From Eledone cirrhosa (Eukaryota), in contig OZ024740.1 in the NCBI GenBank assembly GCA_964016885.1, forward strand, positions 14,074,001 through 14,138,000: a stretch of DNA of 64,000 nt, in the 5' to 3' direction. The notes beneath the pieces are model-generated. The model did no database searches, was not told the DNA's origin, and saw only the letters and a list, made by a program, of their open reading frames with translations. The number at the start of each line of letters is the position of its first letter. The first letter of the stretch is position 1. Below, in pieces: positions 11,876 to 24,300 of this stretch. A program made the position numbers and the translations under genes.

Positions 11876-12746
11876 AGTAGTTGACGGACCCAACATATTT
11901 ATCAATGCCAGGACCGGTTGTATATCTACTCAATAGACAATGTAGAATATATTCCCAGAATATACACATAGTTATTCGCTTTAATACAACACACGTAAAC
12001 GGGTGCCTATAGTAGTTCCCGGACTCGAGTTTCGGCCACACTTAATGCAGCAGTAGGGTGCTCTGCACCCTCTGTCTGCATATATTATGCAACAATGCCT
12101 AATCGGCGCATGTGGCTTCATCAGCGGGTATCGCCTAATTAATAACCAATCGATCGACAGAATTCAACTCCAGTCCATGCCTACTATGACTGTTTGTGAC
12201 GGCTGACACTGTAAAGTGATTAGCAACTGGAATCTGATACAATCCCGTCCCCCGATCGGCCACCGATTTACAAATTTACGTGATGGCAGGAGATAAGAAA
12301 AACAAATATTTCCGCTCCCGTCAAAAGCCCCCAGCTAACGTGTCTCAAACACAGATTAATAAGATAGTGAAAAGTTGGTTATTAGAAAAAGCAGTCCCAC
12401 ATCGTTGTATAACAGAATGGTAGCATTCGGCTCTAATCACCAAGTCCCATGGCGAGAGGAAGCGATAGTAACAGTGGTCGTGCCTAGAACCTTTATCCGG
12501 ACATTAAATGCCAGCGATACAGCGATATAGGGTGGCGTGCTGGTTAGCGACAGCCACGCGTGTGAACCAGTCTATTTCACAACTTAAACGATTCAATAAG
12601 TGAGTGAAAGAGAAAATTAATAGCAGGAATTAGAGCGCATATCAAAACACTTTTGTTAAATTTTGTTATATATATATATATAGGTAAGGAACCAGATGGA
12701 CCATAACGCACCAGAGTACTCAATACTTAGGGTAGTAGAGTGGGAA

Positions 12747-12820
12747 ATAGGAAAAAGTATGACCCCCAGAAATAGCCGTCGAAACGGCTTGAGCTCTGCC
12801 GTCGGGGTCATACTTTTTCC

Positions 12821-12823
<3 letters not shown>
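12747..12823. repeat. Short hairpin element, 20-bp perfect inverted repeat
   Basis: ATAGGAAAAAGTATGACCCC ... GGGGTCATACTTTTTCCTAT enclosing the inner hairpin AGCCGT-CGAA-ACGGCT. Confidence 0.7.
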
Positions 12824-12851
<28 letters not shown>

Positions 12852-12893
12852 AAATTTAAAATTTGGTTTTTCGCTCTAACATAGTGGAAGCGT

Positions 12894-13441
12894 ATTCGTG
12901 AGTTTTATATCGAATAATAATAATATTCGATCCGTTTGCAAGCAAACAGTCTCATTATGCTGTGTTTTAGATGACCATCACCATCCTTTTGTTCTAGTGG
13001 TGACAGAGAGAAACAATCGGCAATGTTGCCTATGGGTTATTGCCCTTTGTCAAGATTGTGTATCCCTCTTCAATCTTAACAAAGGGCAATAACCCCAAAA
13101 CAATATTGTCAGTCATCTCTCTCTGTCACCACTAGAACAAAAGTATGGCGATGGTCATCTAAAACACAGCATAATGAGGCTGTTTGCTTGCAAACAGATC
13201 GAATATTATTATTATTTGATATAAAAAAAGGGCGGTGGATTGGCAGTATCGGTAGAATCGGACACATGCTTTGCAGCATAGAGTTATGGTCCTTTACGTT
13301 CTGAGTTCAAATCCCGCCGAGGTTAACTTTGCCTTTCATCCTTACGGGGTCGATAAAATAAAGTACCAGTAATACACTGGGTATTTGCTGGCCTTGTGCC
13401 AAAAGTAGAAACAATTATCATTTGATATAAAACTCACGAAT
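12894..13441. mobile_element. Foldback/palindromic element (~160-bp arms) interrupted by a SINE
   Basis: 12894-13059 pairs with 13071-13226 plus 13432-13441. A related arm end occurs at ~43687-43745. Confidence 0.7.
13230..13413 (+). mobile_element. tRNA-derived SINE with target-site duplication
   Basis: Same family as 11241-11428; flanked by ATTAT(T/C)ATTTGATATAAAA on both sides. Confidence 0.85.
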
Positions 13442-13461
13442 GTATATATATATATATATAA

Positions 13462-13530
<69 letters not shown>

Positions 13531-13853
13531 GAATTACAAGACATTGCTTTGGCATCTAGTTTCAAAATCTGATGACTCCACAAATGACAGAGATGGTAAT
13601 TTGATGCTTCCATATAATATGAAGATACCATATTGATTACGTCATGGCGTACACTGAAAAAAAACTTCCCAGTTAACTTTGTCATCTTGTAGAACTAGAG
13701 GCTAGAAATTGGTTTGGTAATCGAATAGTGCTCTGGTAGTACCAGAACCGAGCAATCGAAGACATTTAATAAAGAATAACGTAAAACGTATCGAAGTAGA
13801 TTTTAGACACACGAGTATATGTGTGACTGTATATCTATATCTATCTATCTATT

Positions 13854-13918
<65 letters not shown>

Positions 13919-14786
13919 AGAGAGAGAGGGGGGGGGACAGAAATTGATTGATACACAGAGGAATTAGATTGCTACAGAATATTTTAAGCAATAAGGTCAA
14001 GCTCAACCTAGATTATTTCCGCTGGTTGTGTGTGTGTGCCTGTGTGTGAGTGTCTGTGTGTGTCTGTCTGTGTGTGTGTCTGTCTGTCTCTGTGTATGTG
14101 TGTGTGTGAGTGTCTGTGCGTTTGTGTTTGTGTGAGTGTGTGTGTGTGTCTGTCTGTGTATGTGTGTGTGTGTGAGTGTCTGTGTGAGTGTGTGTGTGTG
14201 TATCTGTCTGTCTGTGTATGTGTGTGAGTGTCTGTGTGTCTCTGTCTGTCTCTGTGTATGTGTGTGTGTGTTACCTACATGGCTTTCATGTATTTAGATA
14301 TTCTACCAACTGATCACCATACCCTCCCCCACCCTATTTAACCACTTTATCAAAGTCTAAAGACGGGAGCCAATCAGGTATTCTTATATGATGAATCTAC
14401 CTTTACCATCTGAATAAAGATGTCGCGTAGACAACATATCGAAGCTAAAGAGGGAAGGTTGGCCCCGGATCTGGGATGCGATAGGACGATAGTTCCCCCA
14501 CAACATTCCACTTAGTTCTATAGTTATAGAACTAAGCCTTATTTTCCCCATTACCATCCAAGAGGGAACAGAACCTTTCTGAACACATTAATTTGAGTTA
14601 CCAGTCTTTCATAAACCTCATTGCATCTCTTCCCCCAAAGGACATGGCCATCTGGACCGGGTTTCTGGCATACCTGAACATAATATGTAAGTTACTTGCT
14701 GGGATATTTGCAGAGAAGGTAAATACTTTTCTTTTACAGGAAGGAATATTATCAAAAGAAGAGATCTGAGGTAAGCAAGGATCGCC

Positions 14787-14868
14787 TGGTTCATAATGAC
14801 ACAGTGTTGTGTCACCTGGTTGTTAATGTCACAGTGTTGTGTCACCTGGTTATCAATGACACATTGTT
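14787..14868 (+). repeat. 30-bp minisatellite, ~2.7 copies
   Basis: Unit approximately AATGACACAGTGTTGTGTCACCTGGTTNTN, with an internal hairpin TGACAC...GTGTCA. Confidence 0.7.
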
Positions 14869-14874
14869 TACCAA

Positions 14875-15046
14875 GGATTGGCAGTATCGGTAGAGGGTCG
14901 GACGCCATGCTTTGCAGCAAAGAGTTACGGCCTTTTATGGTCTGAGTTCAAACCCCGCCTTTCATCCTTACGGGGTCGATAAAATAAAGTACCAGTAATA
15001 CAGCGGGATAATTGCTGGCCTTGTGCCAAAAGCAGAAACAATTATT
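14875..15046 (+). mobile_element. tRNA-derived SINE, internally deleted
   Basis: Same family as 11241-11428. Confidence 0.8.
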
Positions 15047-15072
15047 AAAAAACATTATATACCAACATGTCT

Positions 15073-15240
15073 ATAGCCAGGATTGACTTTAAGAAGGCAT
15101 AAGATATGGTGCCCCGTTCTTTGATTGTTCAATACCTGCAGATGTTTCGTATTGCTGAAAACATCACAACATTTTGTCTGAATAGATGCTAGAGTGGAAG
15201 ACCAAGTTGTACTCGAACAAGGTATTCCTTGCCGAAGTAG
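15073..15240 (+). pseudogene. Fragment of non-LTR retrotransposon reverse transcriptase, R4/Dong-like
   Basis: IARIDFKKA*DMVPRSLIVQYLQMFRIAENITTF...WKTKLYSNKVFLAEV resembles the WIDYKKAYDxVPH motif of R4/Dong RTs. Contains a stop and a frameshift. Confidence 0.65.
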
Positions 15241-15494
15241 AAAGTAATAGGTCACTCATGTTCACCATTACTCTGTCAGAGATCGTTGTTGTGACTTGAC
15301 AGATGTCGAAATACTCCCGTGCATTGTTCATCTACACACGTGACAAACTAATGATAATAAAAATAATAATTGTTTCTAGTTTAGATGCAAAGCCAAAAAT
15401 GAAATCTAGGTTTCAATATTATTTATGCATAGTAGGCTTATACACATCTTCTCCCTCTCCCTATCTCTCTCTCTCTCTCTCTCCTTCTTCTGCT

Positions 15495-16496
15495 CCTTCC
15501 ACCCCTCCCTCCACTTCACCACCTCTATCTCCACCACCCACGTCCACTTCTTGGACATCTCCGTCGCCTTCGACCCCTCCCACCACTCCCTCGTCACCTC
15601 CGCCTTCTTCAAACCCACCGACTCCCACTCCTACCTCGACTTCACCTCTTCCCACCCCACCCACACTAAACTCTCCATTCCCTACTCCCAACTTCTCAGG
15701 ATCCGCCGCCTCTGTAGCCGAGATGCTGACTTCGAGTCCCAAGCCCTTTCCCTAGTCAGCCATTTCATCCGCAGAGGTTACCCCCCCTCTCTCGTCCACA
15801 CCGCTCTCACCCGCGCCCGTGCTATCCCCCGCTCCACCACCCTCACCCCACGCCACCGCACACCCACCCACCGTCTCCCCTTCCCCATCACCTACCACCC
15901 CTCCACCTTACCCCTCCACCGCACCATCCGCCGCCTCTTCCGACACCTCCAGTCCGACCCCTCCACCTCCCACATCTTCCCAACCCCACCACTCCCCTCC
16001 TTCATACGCGCACGCAATCTCCGCACCCTCCTCGTCCACAGCTCCCTACCCCCCAACCCACGCTCCGTTCCCCCCCCCCGGTTCCTTCCCCTGTTCTAGG
16101 CCCCGCTGCAACACCTGTCCCCATATCACCAACACCACCACCTTCCAGGGTCCCAACGGCCACCCTCTCTCGGTCCGGCATGCCTTCCGCTGCACCTCCT
16201 CCAACCTAGTCTACGGACTTCGTTGCACGAGGTGCAGCGCGACTTATGTCGGACAGACGGGCCGCCGCCTGGCGGACCGAGTCACGGAGCACCTCCGGGA
16301 CATTCGTCTCGGGGGCAGTTCCCCCATCGCCCGCCACTTTGGTGGCCCTGGACACTCCGCACACCATCTCACAGTCTGTGGCCTACTCCAGTGTCACGGA
16401 ACACCCGCCCATCGCCTCACGGTCGAACAACGTACTATCTTCATCTTACAGACCCACACTCCCCCCGGCCTGAACTCCCCACCCTTATTCCTTTAG
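15495..16496 (+). pseudogene. 5'-truncated Neptune-type Penelope-like element ORF: RT C-terminus/thumb, Cys-rich linker, GIY-YIG endonuclease
   Basis: ORF 15425-16099: HFLDISV, FFKPTDSHSYLDFTSSHP, SIPYSQLLRIRRLCS, RGYP. ORF 15819-16496: FPCSRPRCNTCPHI, CTSSNLVYGLRCTRCSATYVGQTGRRLADRVTEH, PPGLN. The frames are joined by a frameshift in the poly-C run near 16070-16080. Confidence 0.9.
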
Positions 16497-17957
16497 CGTT
16501 CGACCGCCCCCCTCCCCCACTTATCCCCCACTAACACCACTAACACACCCCTCCTTTTCACCGCCCACCCCACACTAACAATACTAACACCCCCACTCCA
16601 CCCCTCATCTAACCACCCTTCCCCAACTAACATACTAACATCCCTTCCCTCCCCTCTTCTCCTCCTCCCCCTCCTTATCACACGCACACACTTACACCAC
16701 CCACCCCACACGCAACTAACATCACTAACACCCTCCAACCCCACGCACACGTACCCACACACCCTCGTACACCACCAACTCTACACACCCTACCCCCACT
16801 AACCCCCACTCACACCTGCATTCCACCCCTCCCCACCTCCCGTCTACTAACACCCACTAACACCTCCTCACCAAACTACACACACACCAGTACACCACAC
16901 TCCCTCCATAGAACCACACACACCCTTCTCTCCCCACTCCACACTCACTCATCCCACTAACACCCCTACTAATACACACACACACACACACACACACACC
17001 CTCCTCACTCCAACTCTCACACCTACCCATCCTCGCCTCCCTACCATTCCGCTGACTGCTGCTATGCCCTTCCGACCACTGTCTCAGCACCCACTGACCA
17101 CAGCACTCCCACTGCTGACCACTTCCTGTTGCGCGCGCACCCCACATCTCTCCTCTTCCGACCACCGCTTCTTGGATTACCCACACGCGTTTTGACTTCC
17201 AACCAAAATCTCCATACATCCGTGTAACTTACCACTTTTCAACCATCCTCTAACACCATCACCTATATAACTCACCCACACACACATCCCAAAACAAATT
17301 TTTTTATCCACACGCCACCCACACCCACAACACGCTTAAACCACACACACGTGCTTCCCACCACATATTTACACCCTCAGCCCCCTGATTCCTCTCCCCC
17401 CACCCCCTATCCACACACGCACAGACCCTCCGACACACAAAAACACCCCCCACACACACCTTCCTGAACATGCAACCCCGTTCTTCCCCCAACCCCCACT
17501 TTCACATACACACACACACAAACACACGCACACCTAACCACACACACCACCTTCAGCCCTCCTCGCTCGGACACCCCGTCTCCCTCTCCCCACTCCACCC
17601 GCCTCTACCTCTACTCACCCCACACCCTTCCACCACCTGTTTACCCCCCTTTTAATTTCAGTTTATTTTGATCATGCCTTTATTTTTAAATGTTCTCATT
17701 CCTTGTATTTTGATCATGCTTTATTTTTATTTATTATTTATTATATTTTTGTCTTTATTTGTTAATTTTTCATTCGCACCGTTTCCTTTCGCTATATGTC
17801 TCTCCACCACTCCCCTACACACCTTTTGAACTCTTACCTGAAGAAGGGGTTATGCCCGAAACGTCGTCCTCCACCTACCCCCCACTCTCCTGAGCGTGAA
17901 TCTAATAAACATTTGTCGTACTGCCTCTCTGTTCTGTCCCTGTTCAATTTTTTATTA
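16497..17957 (+). repeat. C/A-rich 3' UTR and terminal repeat (pLTR) of the Neptune-type PLE
   Basis: Same strong C skew as the ORF; ends with an HHR motif, AATAAA (17904-17909) and a (TA)n junction. Confidence 0.65.
17836..17867 (+). ncRNA. Minimal hammerhead ribozyme of the Neptune-type pLTR
   Basis: AC-CTGAAGA-a-GGG gttatg CCC-GAA-ACGT-C-GT; palindromic stem III, GUC triplet. Confidence 0.75.
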
Positions 17958-17971
17958 TATATATATATATA

Positions 17972-18068
17972 TGAAAAATATGAAAACATGGCGTGCTGCG
18001 TGGTTGCAAAGGGGTTACATATGAATAAATTTAGTCCTTCATCAGTGATTTCCAACCTTCATTGGTAT
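17972..18068 (-). mobile_element. Truncated third member of the permuted-hammerhead repeat family
   Basis: The - strand reads ATACC-AATGAA-GGTTGG-AAATCA-CTGATGA-AGGACTAAATTTATTCATATGTAACCCCTTTGCAACCACGCAGC, matching 9073-9145 and 6294-6367. Confidence 0.7.
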
Positions 18069-18071
18069 ATG

Positions 18072-18296
18072 GGAGAAGGTGAGAGAAGGTGGGAGAAGGA
18101 GAGAGAAGGTGGGAGAAGGTGGGAGAAGGAATGGTGTTTGGCATGAAAATCTCTGTGACCACCACTGGAACCATTCTGATAGAATCCGGCAGATGGTGCA
18201 ACCATATAACCACTTGTAGATGCATACCACGAAATATATAACAAAAGATTGTAATGGCACATATCACACACTGTCAGAAATGTATTGGATATGAGC

Positions 18297-18373
<77 letters not shown>

Positions 18374-18502
18374 AATACTGTTGGCTTCCTGCTACAATAA
18401 TTTCTTTACTTTTCATTTATATGTATATATATATATATATATATTGGTTTTAATATTATGTATGCATAGTAGGCTTATACACCCCCCCCCCTCTCTCTCT
18501 CT

Positions 18503-18570
<68 letters not shown>

Positions 18571-18800
18571 CTGTATATATATATATATATATCAGAGGCT
18601 CATATCCAATACATTTCTGACAGTGTGTGATATGTGCCATTACAATCTTTTGTTATATATTTCGTGGTATGCATCTACAAGTGGTTATATGGTTGCACCA
18701 TCTGCCGGATTCTATCAGAATGGTTCCAGTGGTGGTCACAGAGATTTTCATGCCAAACACCATTCCTTCTCCCACCTTCTCTCTCTTTCTCCCACCTTCT
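18072..18800. repeat. Inverted repeat with ~185-bp unique arms around a microsatellite spacer
   Basis: 18121-18303 is the reverse complement of 18590-18773 (mirrored ORF starts MICAITIFCYIFRG...). Both arms run outward into CCCACCTTCT repeats. Confidence 0.9.
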
Positions 18801-21020
18801 CCTAACTTCTCCCACCTTCTCCCACCTTCTCTCTCTTTCTCCCACCTTCTCCCACCTTCTCCCACCTTCTCCCACCTTCTCCCTCCTTCTCCCACCTTCT
18901 CCCACCTTCTCCCACCTTCTCTCTCTTTCTCCCACCTTCTACCAGCGTCTCTCTCCTTCTCCCACCTTCTCCCTCCTTCTCCCACCTTCTCCCACCTTCT
19001 CTCTCCTTCTCCCACCTTCTCCCACCTTCACTCTCCTTCTTCCACCTTCTACCACCGTCTCTCTCCTTCTCCCACCTTCTCCCTCCTTCTCTCTCCTTCT
19101 CCCACCTTCTCCCACCTTCTCTCTCCTTCTCCCACCTTCTCCCACCTTCTCCCACCTTCTCCCACCTTCTCCCACCTTCTCCCACCTTCTCTCTCCTTCT
19201 CCCACCTTCTCCCACCTTCTCCCACCTTCTCCCGCCTTCTCCCACCTTCTCTCTCTTTCTCCCACCTTCTCCTAACTTCTTCCACCTTCTCCCACCTTCA
19301 CTCTCCTTCTCCCACCTTCTCCCACCTTCTCCCTCCTTCTCCTACCTCCTTCCACCTTCTCCCACCATCTCCCACATTCTCTCTCCTTCTACCTCCTTCT
19401 GCCACCTTCTCCCACCTTCTCTCTCCTTCTCCCACCTTCTCTCTCCTTCTCCCACCTTCTCCTAACTTCTTCCACCTTCTCCCACCTTCTCCCACATTCT
19501 CTCTCCTTCTACCTCCTTCTGCCACCTTCTCCCACCTTCTCCCTCCTTCTCCCTCCTTCTCCTAACTTCTTCCACCTTCTCCCACCTTCTCTCTCCTTCT
19601 ACCTCCTTCTGCCACCTTCTCCCACCTTCTCTCTCCTTCTCCCACCTTCTCTCTCCTTCTCCCACCTTCTCCTAACTTCTTCCACCTTCTCCCACCTTCT
19701 CCCACATTCTCTCTCCTTCTGCCACCTTCTCACACATTCTCTCTCCTTCTACCTCCTTCTCCCACCTTCTCCCACCTTCTCTCTCCTTCTCCCACCTTCT
19801 CCCACCTTCTCCCACCTTTTCCCACCTTCTCTCTCCTTCTCCCACCTTCTCCCACCTTCTCTCTCCTTCTCCCACATTCTCTCGCCTTCTCCCACCTTCT
19901 CCCACCTTCTCCCACCTTCTCTCTCCTTCTCCCAACTTCTCCCACCTTCTCCCACATTCTCTCTCCTTCTCCCTCCTTCTCCCTCCTTCTCCCACCTTCT
20001 CTCTCTTTGTCCCACCTTCTCCCACCTTCTCCCACCTTCTCCCACCTTCTCTCTCCTTCTCCCACCTTCTCCCACCTTCTCCCACCTTCTCTCTCCTTCT
20101 CCCAACTTCTCCCACCTTCTCCCACATTCTCTCTCCTTCTCCCTCCTTCTCCCACCTTCTCCCATCTTCTCCCACCTTCTCTCTCCTTCTCCCACATTCT
20201 CCCACCTTCTCCCACCTTTTCCCACCTTCTCTCACCTTCTCTCTCCTTCTCCCACCTTCTCTCTCCTTCTCCCGCCTTCTCCCACCTTCTCCCACTTTCT
20301 CCCACCTTCTCCCACCTTCTCCCACCTTCTCTTTCCTTCTCCAACCTTCTCCCTCCCTCTCCCTCCTTCTCTCTCCTTCTCTCTTTCTCTCTCCTTCTCC
20401 CACCTTCTGCCACCTTCTCTCTCCTTCTCCCACATTCTCCCACCTTCTCCCAACTTATCCCTCATTCTCCCTCTTTCTCCCACCTTCTCTCACCTTCTCC
20501 CACCTTCTCCCACCTTCTCTCACCTTCACTCTCCTTCTCCCACCTTCTCCCACCTTCTCTCTCCTTCTCCCATCTTCTCTCTTCTTCTCCCACCTTCTCT
20601 CTCCTCCTCCCACCTTCTCTCTCCTCCCACCTTCTCTCTCCTTCTCCCACATTCTCTCTCCTTCTCCCACCTTCTCTCACCTCCTCCCACTTTCTCCCAC
20701 ATTCTCTCTTCCTCTCTCTCCTTCTCTCTCCTTCTCTCTCCTTCTCTCTCCTTCTTCCAACTTCTCTCTCCTTCTCTCTCTTTCTCTCCTTCTCTCTCCC
20801 TCTCTCCTTCTCCAACCTTCTCCCACCTTCTCTCTCCTCCCACATGCTCTCTCCTCCCACCTTCTCACACCTTCTATCTCCTTCTCCCACCTTCTCCCAC
20901 CTTCTCTCTCCTTCTCTCTCCTTCTCCCACATTCTCTCTCCTTCTCTCTCCTTCTCTCTCCTTCTCTCTCCTTCTCTCTCCTCCCACATTCTCTCTCCTT
21001 CTCACTCCTTTTCTCCCCTT
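18765..21020 (+). repeat. Pyrimidine-rich 10-bp satellite (CCCACCTTCT / CTCTCCTTCT)n
   Basis: Directly visible 10-mer array that degenerates toward the right end. Confidence 0.95.
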
Positions 21021-21306
21021 CATCTACTCCTGCCCATCTCTCAATAGTATTAATCATCATAAATATACTAGAGTCTTCTTTCATTCAACCCTTCTTCTTC
21101 AGCTCATTCACTTTCCTTCTCTCATTAACTCCGCCTCATATTTCTACCCCTCACCCCACACCAACCCCACCCTTTCTCAATTCATATATTTTCTATATTT
21201 TGTTTTTTATTTATATAAATGATAAATAAATATGAAAAAGAAAGATTAAAGTAAAATTTAGTAATGAGAAAATGGGGTGGGGGTTTAAATAAAAGCAGAT
21301 CTGGCT

Positions 21307-24300
21307 GTAGAGGACAGTAGAGGAGAGTAGAGGACAGTAGAGGAAGTAGAGGACAGTAGAGGACAGTAGAGTGAAGTACAGGGAAGTAGAGGACAGTAGA
21401 GGGCAGTAGAGGACAGTAGAGGGAAGTAGAGGACAGTAGAGGGGAGTAGAAGACAGTAGAGGAAGTAGAGGATAGTAGAGGACAGTAGAGGTAAGTAGAG
21501 GAGAGTAGATGACAGTAGAGGGAAGTAGAGAACAGTAGAGGGAAGTAAAGGACAGTAGAGGACAGTAGAGGGAATTAGAGGACAGTAGAGGGGAGTAAAA
21601 GAAAGTAGAGGAAGTAGAGGACAGTAGAGGTCAGTAGAGGAAGTAGGGGACAGTAGAGGGAAGTAGAGGTCAGTAGAGGAGAGTAGAGGAAATAGAGGAC
21701 AGTAGAGGGAAGTAGAGGGAAGTAGAGGACAGTAGAGGGAAGTAGAGGACAGTAGAGGACAGTAGAGAGCAGTAGAGGACAGTAGATGGAAGTAGAGGAC
21801 AGTAGAGGAAATAGAAGAAAGTAGAGAACAGTAGGGGGAAGTAGAGGAAGTAAAGGACAGTAGAGGACAGTGGAGGGAAACAGAAGACAGTAGAGGACTG
21901 TAGAGGGCAGTAGAGGACAGTAGAGGACAGTCGATGACAGTAGAAAGCAGTAGAGGACAGTAGAAGACAGTAGGGGGACAGTAGAGGAAGTAAAGGACAG
22001 TAGAGGACAGAAGACGGAAGTAGAGGGATGTAGAGGACAGTAGAGAACAGTAGAGGATAGTAGAGGACAGTAGAGGGAAGTAGAGGACAGTAGAGGACTG
22101 TAGCGGGCAGTAGAGGGAAGTAGAGGACAGTAGAGGACAGTAGAGGACAGTAGAGGGCAGTATAGGGCAGTAAAGGACAGTAGTTGGAAGTAGAGGACAG
22201 TATAATACAGTAGAGGGAGTAGAGGAAAGTAGAGGGAAGTAGAGCAAAGTAGGGGGAAGTAGAGAAAATAGAAGAAAGTAGAGGACAGTAGAGGGAAGTA
22301 GAGCGAAGTAGAGGACAGTAGAGAAACTATAGGACAGTAGAGGACAGTAGAGGGAAGTACAGGGAAGAAAGTAGTGGACAGTAGACGACAGTAGAGGGGA
22401 GTAGAGGACGTTAGAGGACAGTAGCGGGCAGCAAAAGGCAGTAGAGGACAGTAGAGGGAAACGGAAGACAGTAGAGGACTGTACTGGGAAGTAGAGGACA
22501 ATAGAGGACAGTAGAGGACAGTAGAGGACAGTATAAAGCAGTAGAGGACAGTAGAAGAGAGTAGGGAGAAGTATAGGAAGTAAAGGACAGTAGAGGACAG
22601 TAGACGGAAGTAGAGGACAGTAGCGGGCATTAGAGGGACGTAGAGGACAGTAGAGGACAGTAGAGAACAGTAGAGGGCAGTAGCGGGCATTAGAGGGACG
22701 TAGAGGACAGTAGAGGACAGTAGAGGGCAGTAGAGAACAGTAGAGGGAAGTAGAGGACAGTAGAGGACACTAGAGGCTAGTAGAGGACAGTAGAGGGAAG
22801 TAGAGGACGGTAGAGGGCAGTAGAGGATATTAGAGGACAGTAGAGGGAAGTAGAGGACAGTAGAGGGCAGTAGAGGGTAGTAGAGGGCAGTAGAAGACAG
22901 TAGAAAACAGTAGAGGAAGTAGTGGACAGTGAAGGGCAGTAGATGACAGTAGAGGAAGTAGAGGACAGTAGAGGAAGTAAAGGACAGTAGAGGAAGTAGA
23001 GGACAGTAGAGGACAGTAGAGGGCAGTAAAGGGCAGTAGATGACAGTAGCGGGAAACAGAGGACAGTAGAGGACACTAGAGGGCAGTAGAGGACAGTAGA
23101 CAGCAGTAGAGGCCAGCAGTAGAAGACAGTAGGGGCAAGTTGAGGAAGTAAAGGAAGTAGAGGACAGTAGAGGACATTAGAGGACAGTAGAGGACAATAG
23201 ATGACATTAGAGGACACTAGAGGACAGTAGAGGACAGTAGAGGACAGTAGATGGAAGTAGAGGACAGTAGAGGAAATAGAAGAAAGTAGAGGACAGTAGG
23301 GGGAAGTAGAGGAAGTAAAGGACAGTAGAGGACAGTGGAGGGAAACAGAAGACAGTAGAGGACTGTAGAGGGCAGTAGAGGACAGTAGAGGACAGTAGAG
23401 GACAGTAGAAGACAGTAGAGGACAATAGAAGACAGTAGAAAACAGTATAGGAAGTAGAGGACAGTGAAAGGCAGTAGAGGACAGTAGAGGAAGTACAGGA
23501 CAGTAGTGGAAGTAGAGGACAGTACAGGGATGTAGAGGGAAGTAGAGGACACTAGAGGACAGTAGAGGACACTAGAGGACAGTAGAGGACAGTAGAGGGC
23601 AGTAAAGGGCAGTAGATGACAGTAGCGAGAAACAGAGGACAGTAGAGGACACTAGAGGGCAGTAGAGGACAGTAGAGGATAGTAGAGGACATTAGGGGAC
23701 AGTAGAGGACAATAGAGGACACTAGAGGACAGTAGAGGACAGTAGAGGGACGGTCAGGACAGTGGAGGGCAGTAGAGAGTAGTAGAGGACATTAGAGGAC
23801 AGTAGAAAGAAATTGAGGACAGTAGATGGAAGTAGAGGACAGTAGAGGAAATAGAAGAAAGTAGAGGACAGTAGGTGGAAGTAGAGGAAGTAAAGGACAG
23901 TAGAGGACATTGAAGGGAAACAGAAGACAGTAGAGGACAGTAGAAAGCAGTAGAAAGCAGTAGAGGACAGTAGAAGACAGTAGGGGGAAGTAGAGGAAGT
24001 AAAGGACAGTAGAGGACAATAGACGGAAGTAGAGGGATGTAGAGGACAGTAGAGGACAGTAGAGGATAGTAGAGGAAGTAGAGGACAATAGAGGAAGTAA
24101 AGGACAGCAGAGGGAAGTATAGGACATTAGAGGACAGTAGACAGAAGAGGACAGTAAAGGTCAGTAGAGGACAGTAGAGGGTAGTTATGGACAGTAGAGG
24201 ACAGTAGAGGGAAGTAGAGCACAGTAGAGGGCAGTAGAGGACAATAGAAAGAAGTAGAAGATAGTAGAGGTCAGTAGAGGACAGTAGAAGACAATAGAGG

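Noticed and set aside
18170-18260. CTGATAGA...GAAATATATA as a hammerhead in the inverted arm
   Set aside because: Core spacing is non-canonical and there is no adjacent stem I.
18627-21084. ORFs rich in SPTFSHLLPP / EKVGEGGRRW
   Set aside because: Translations of the CCCACCTTCT satellite.
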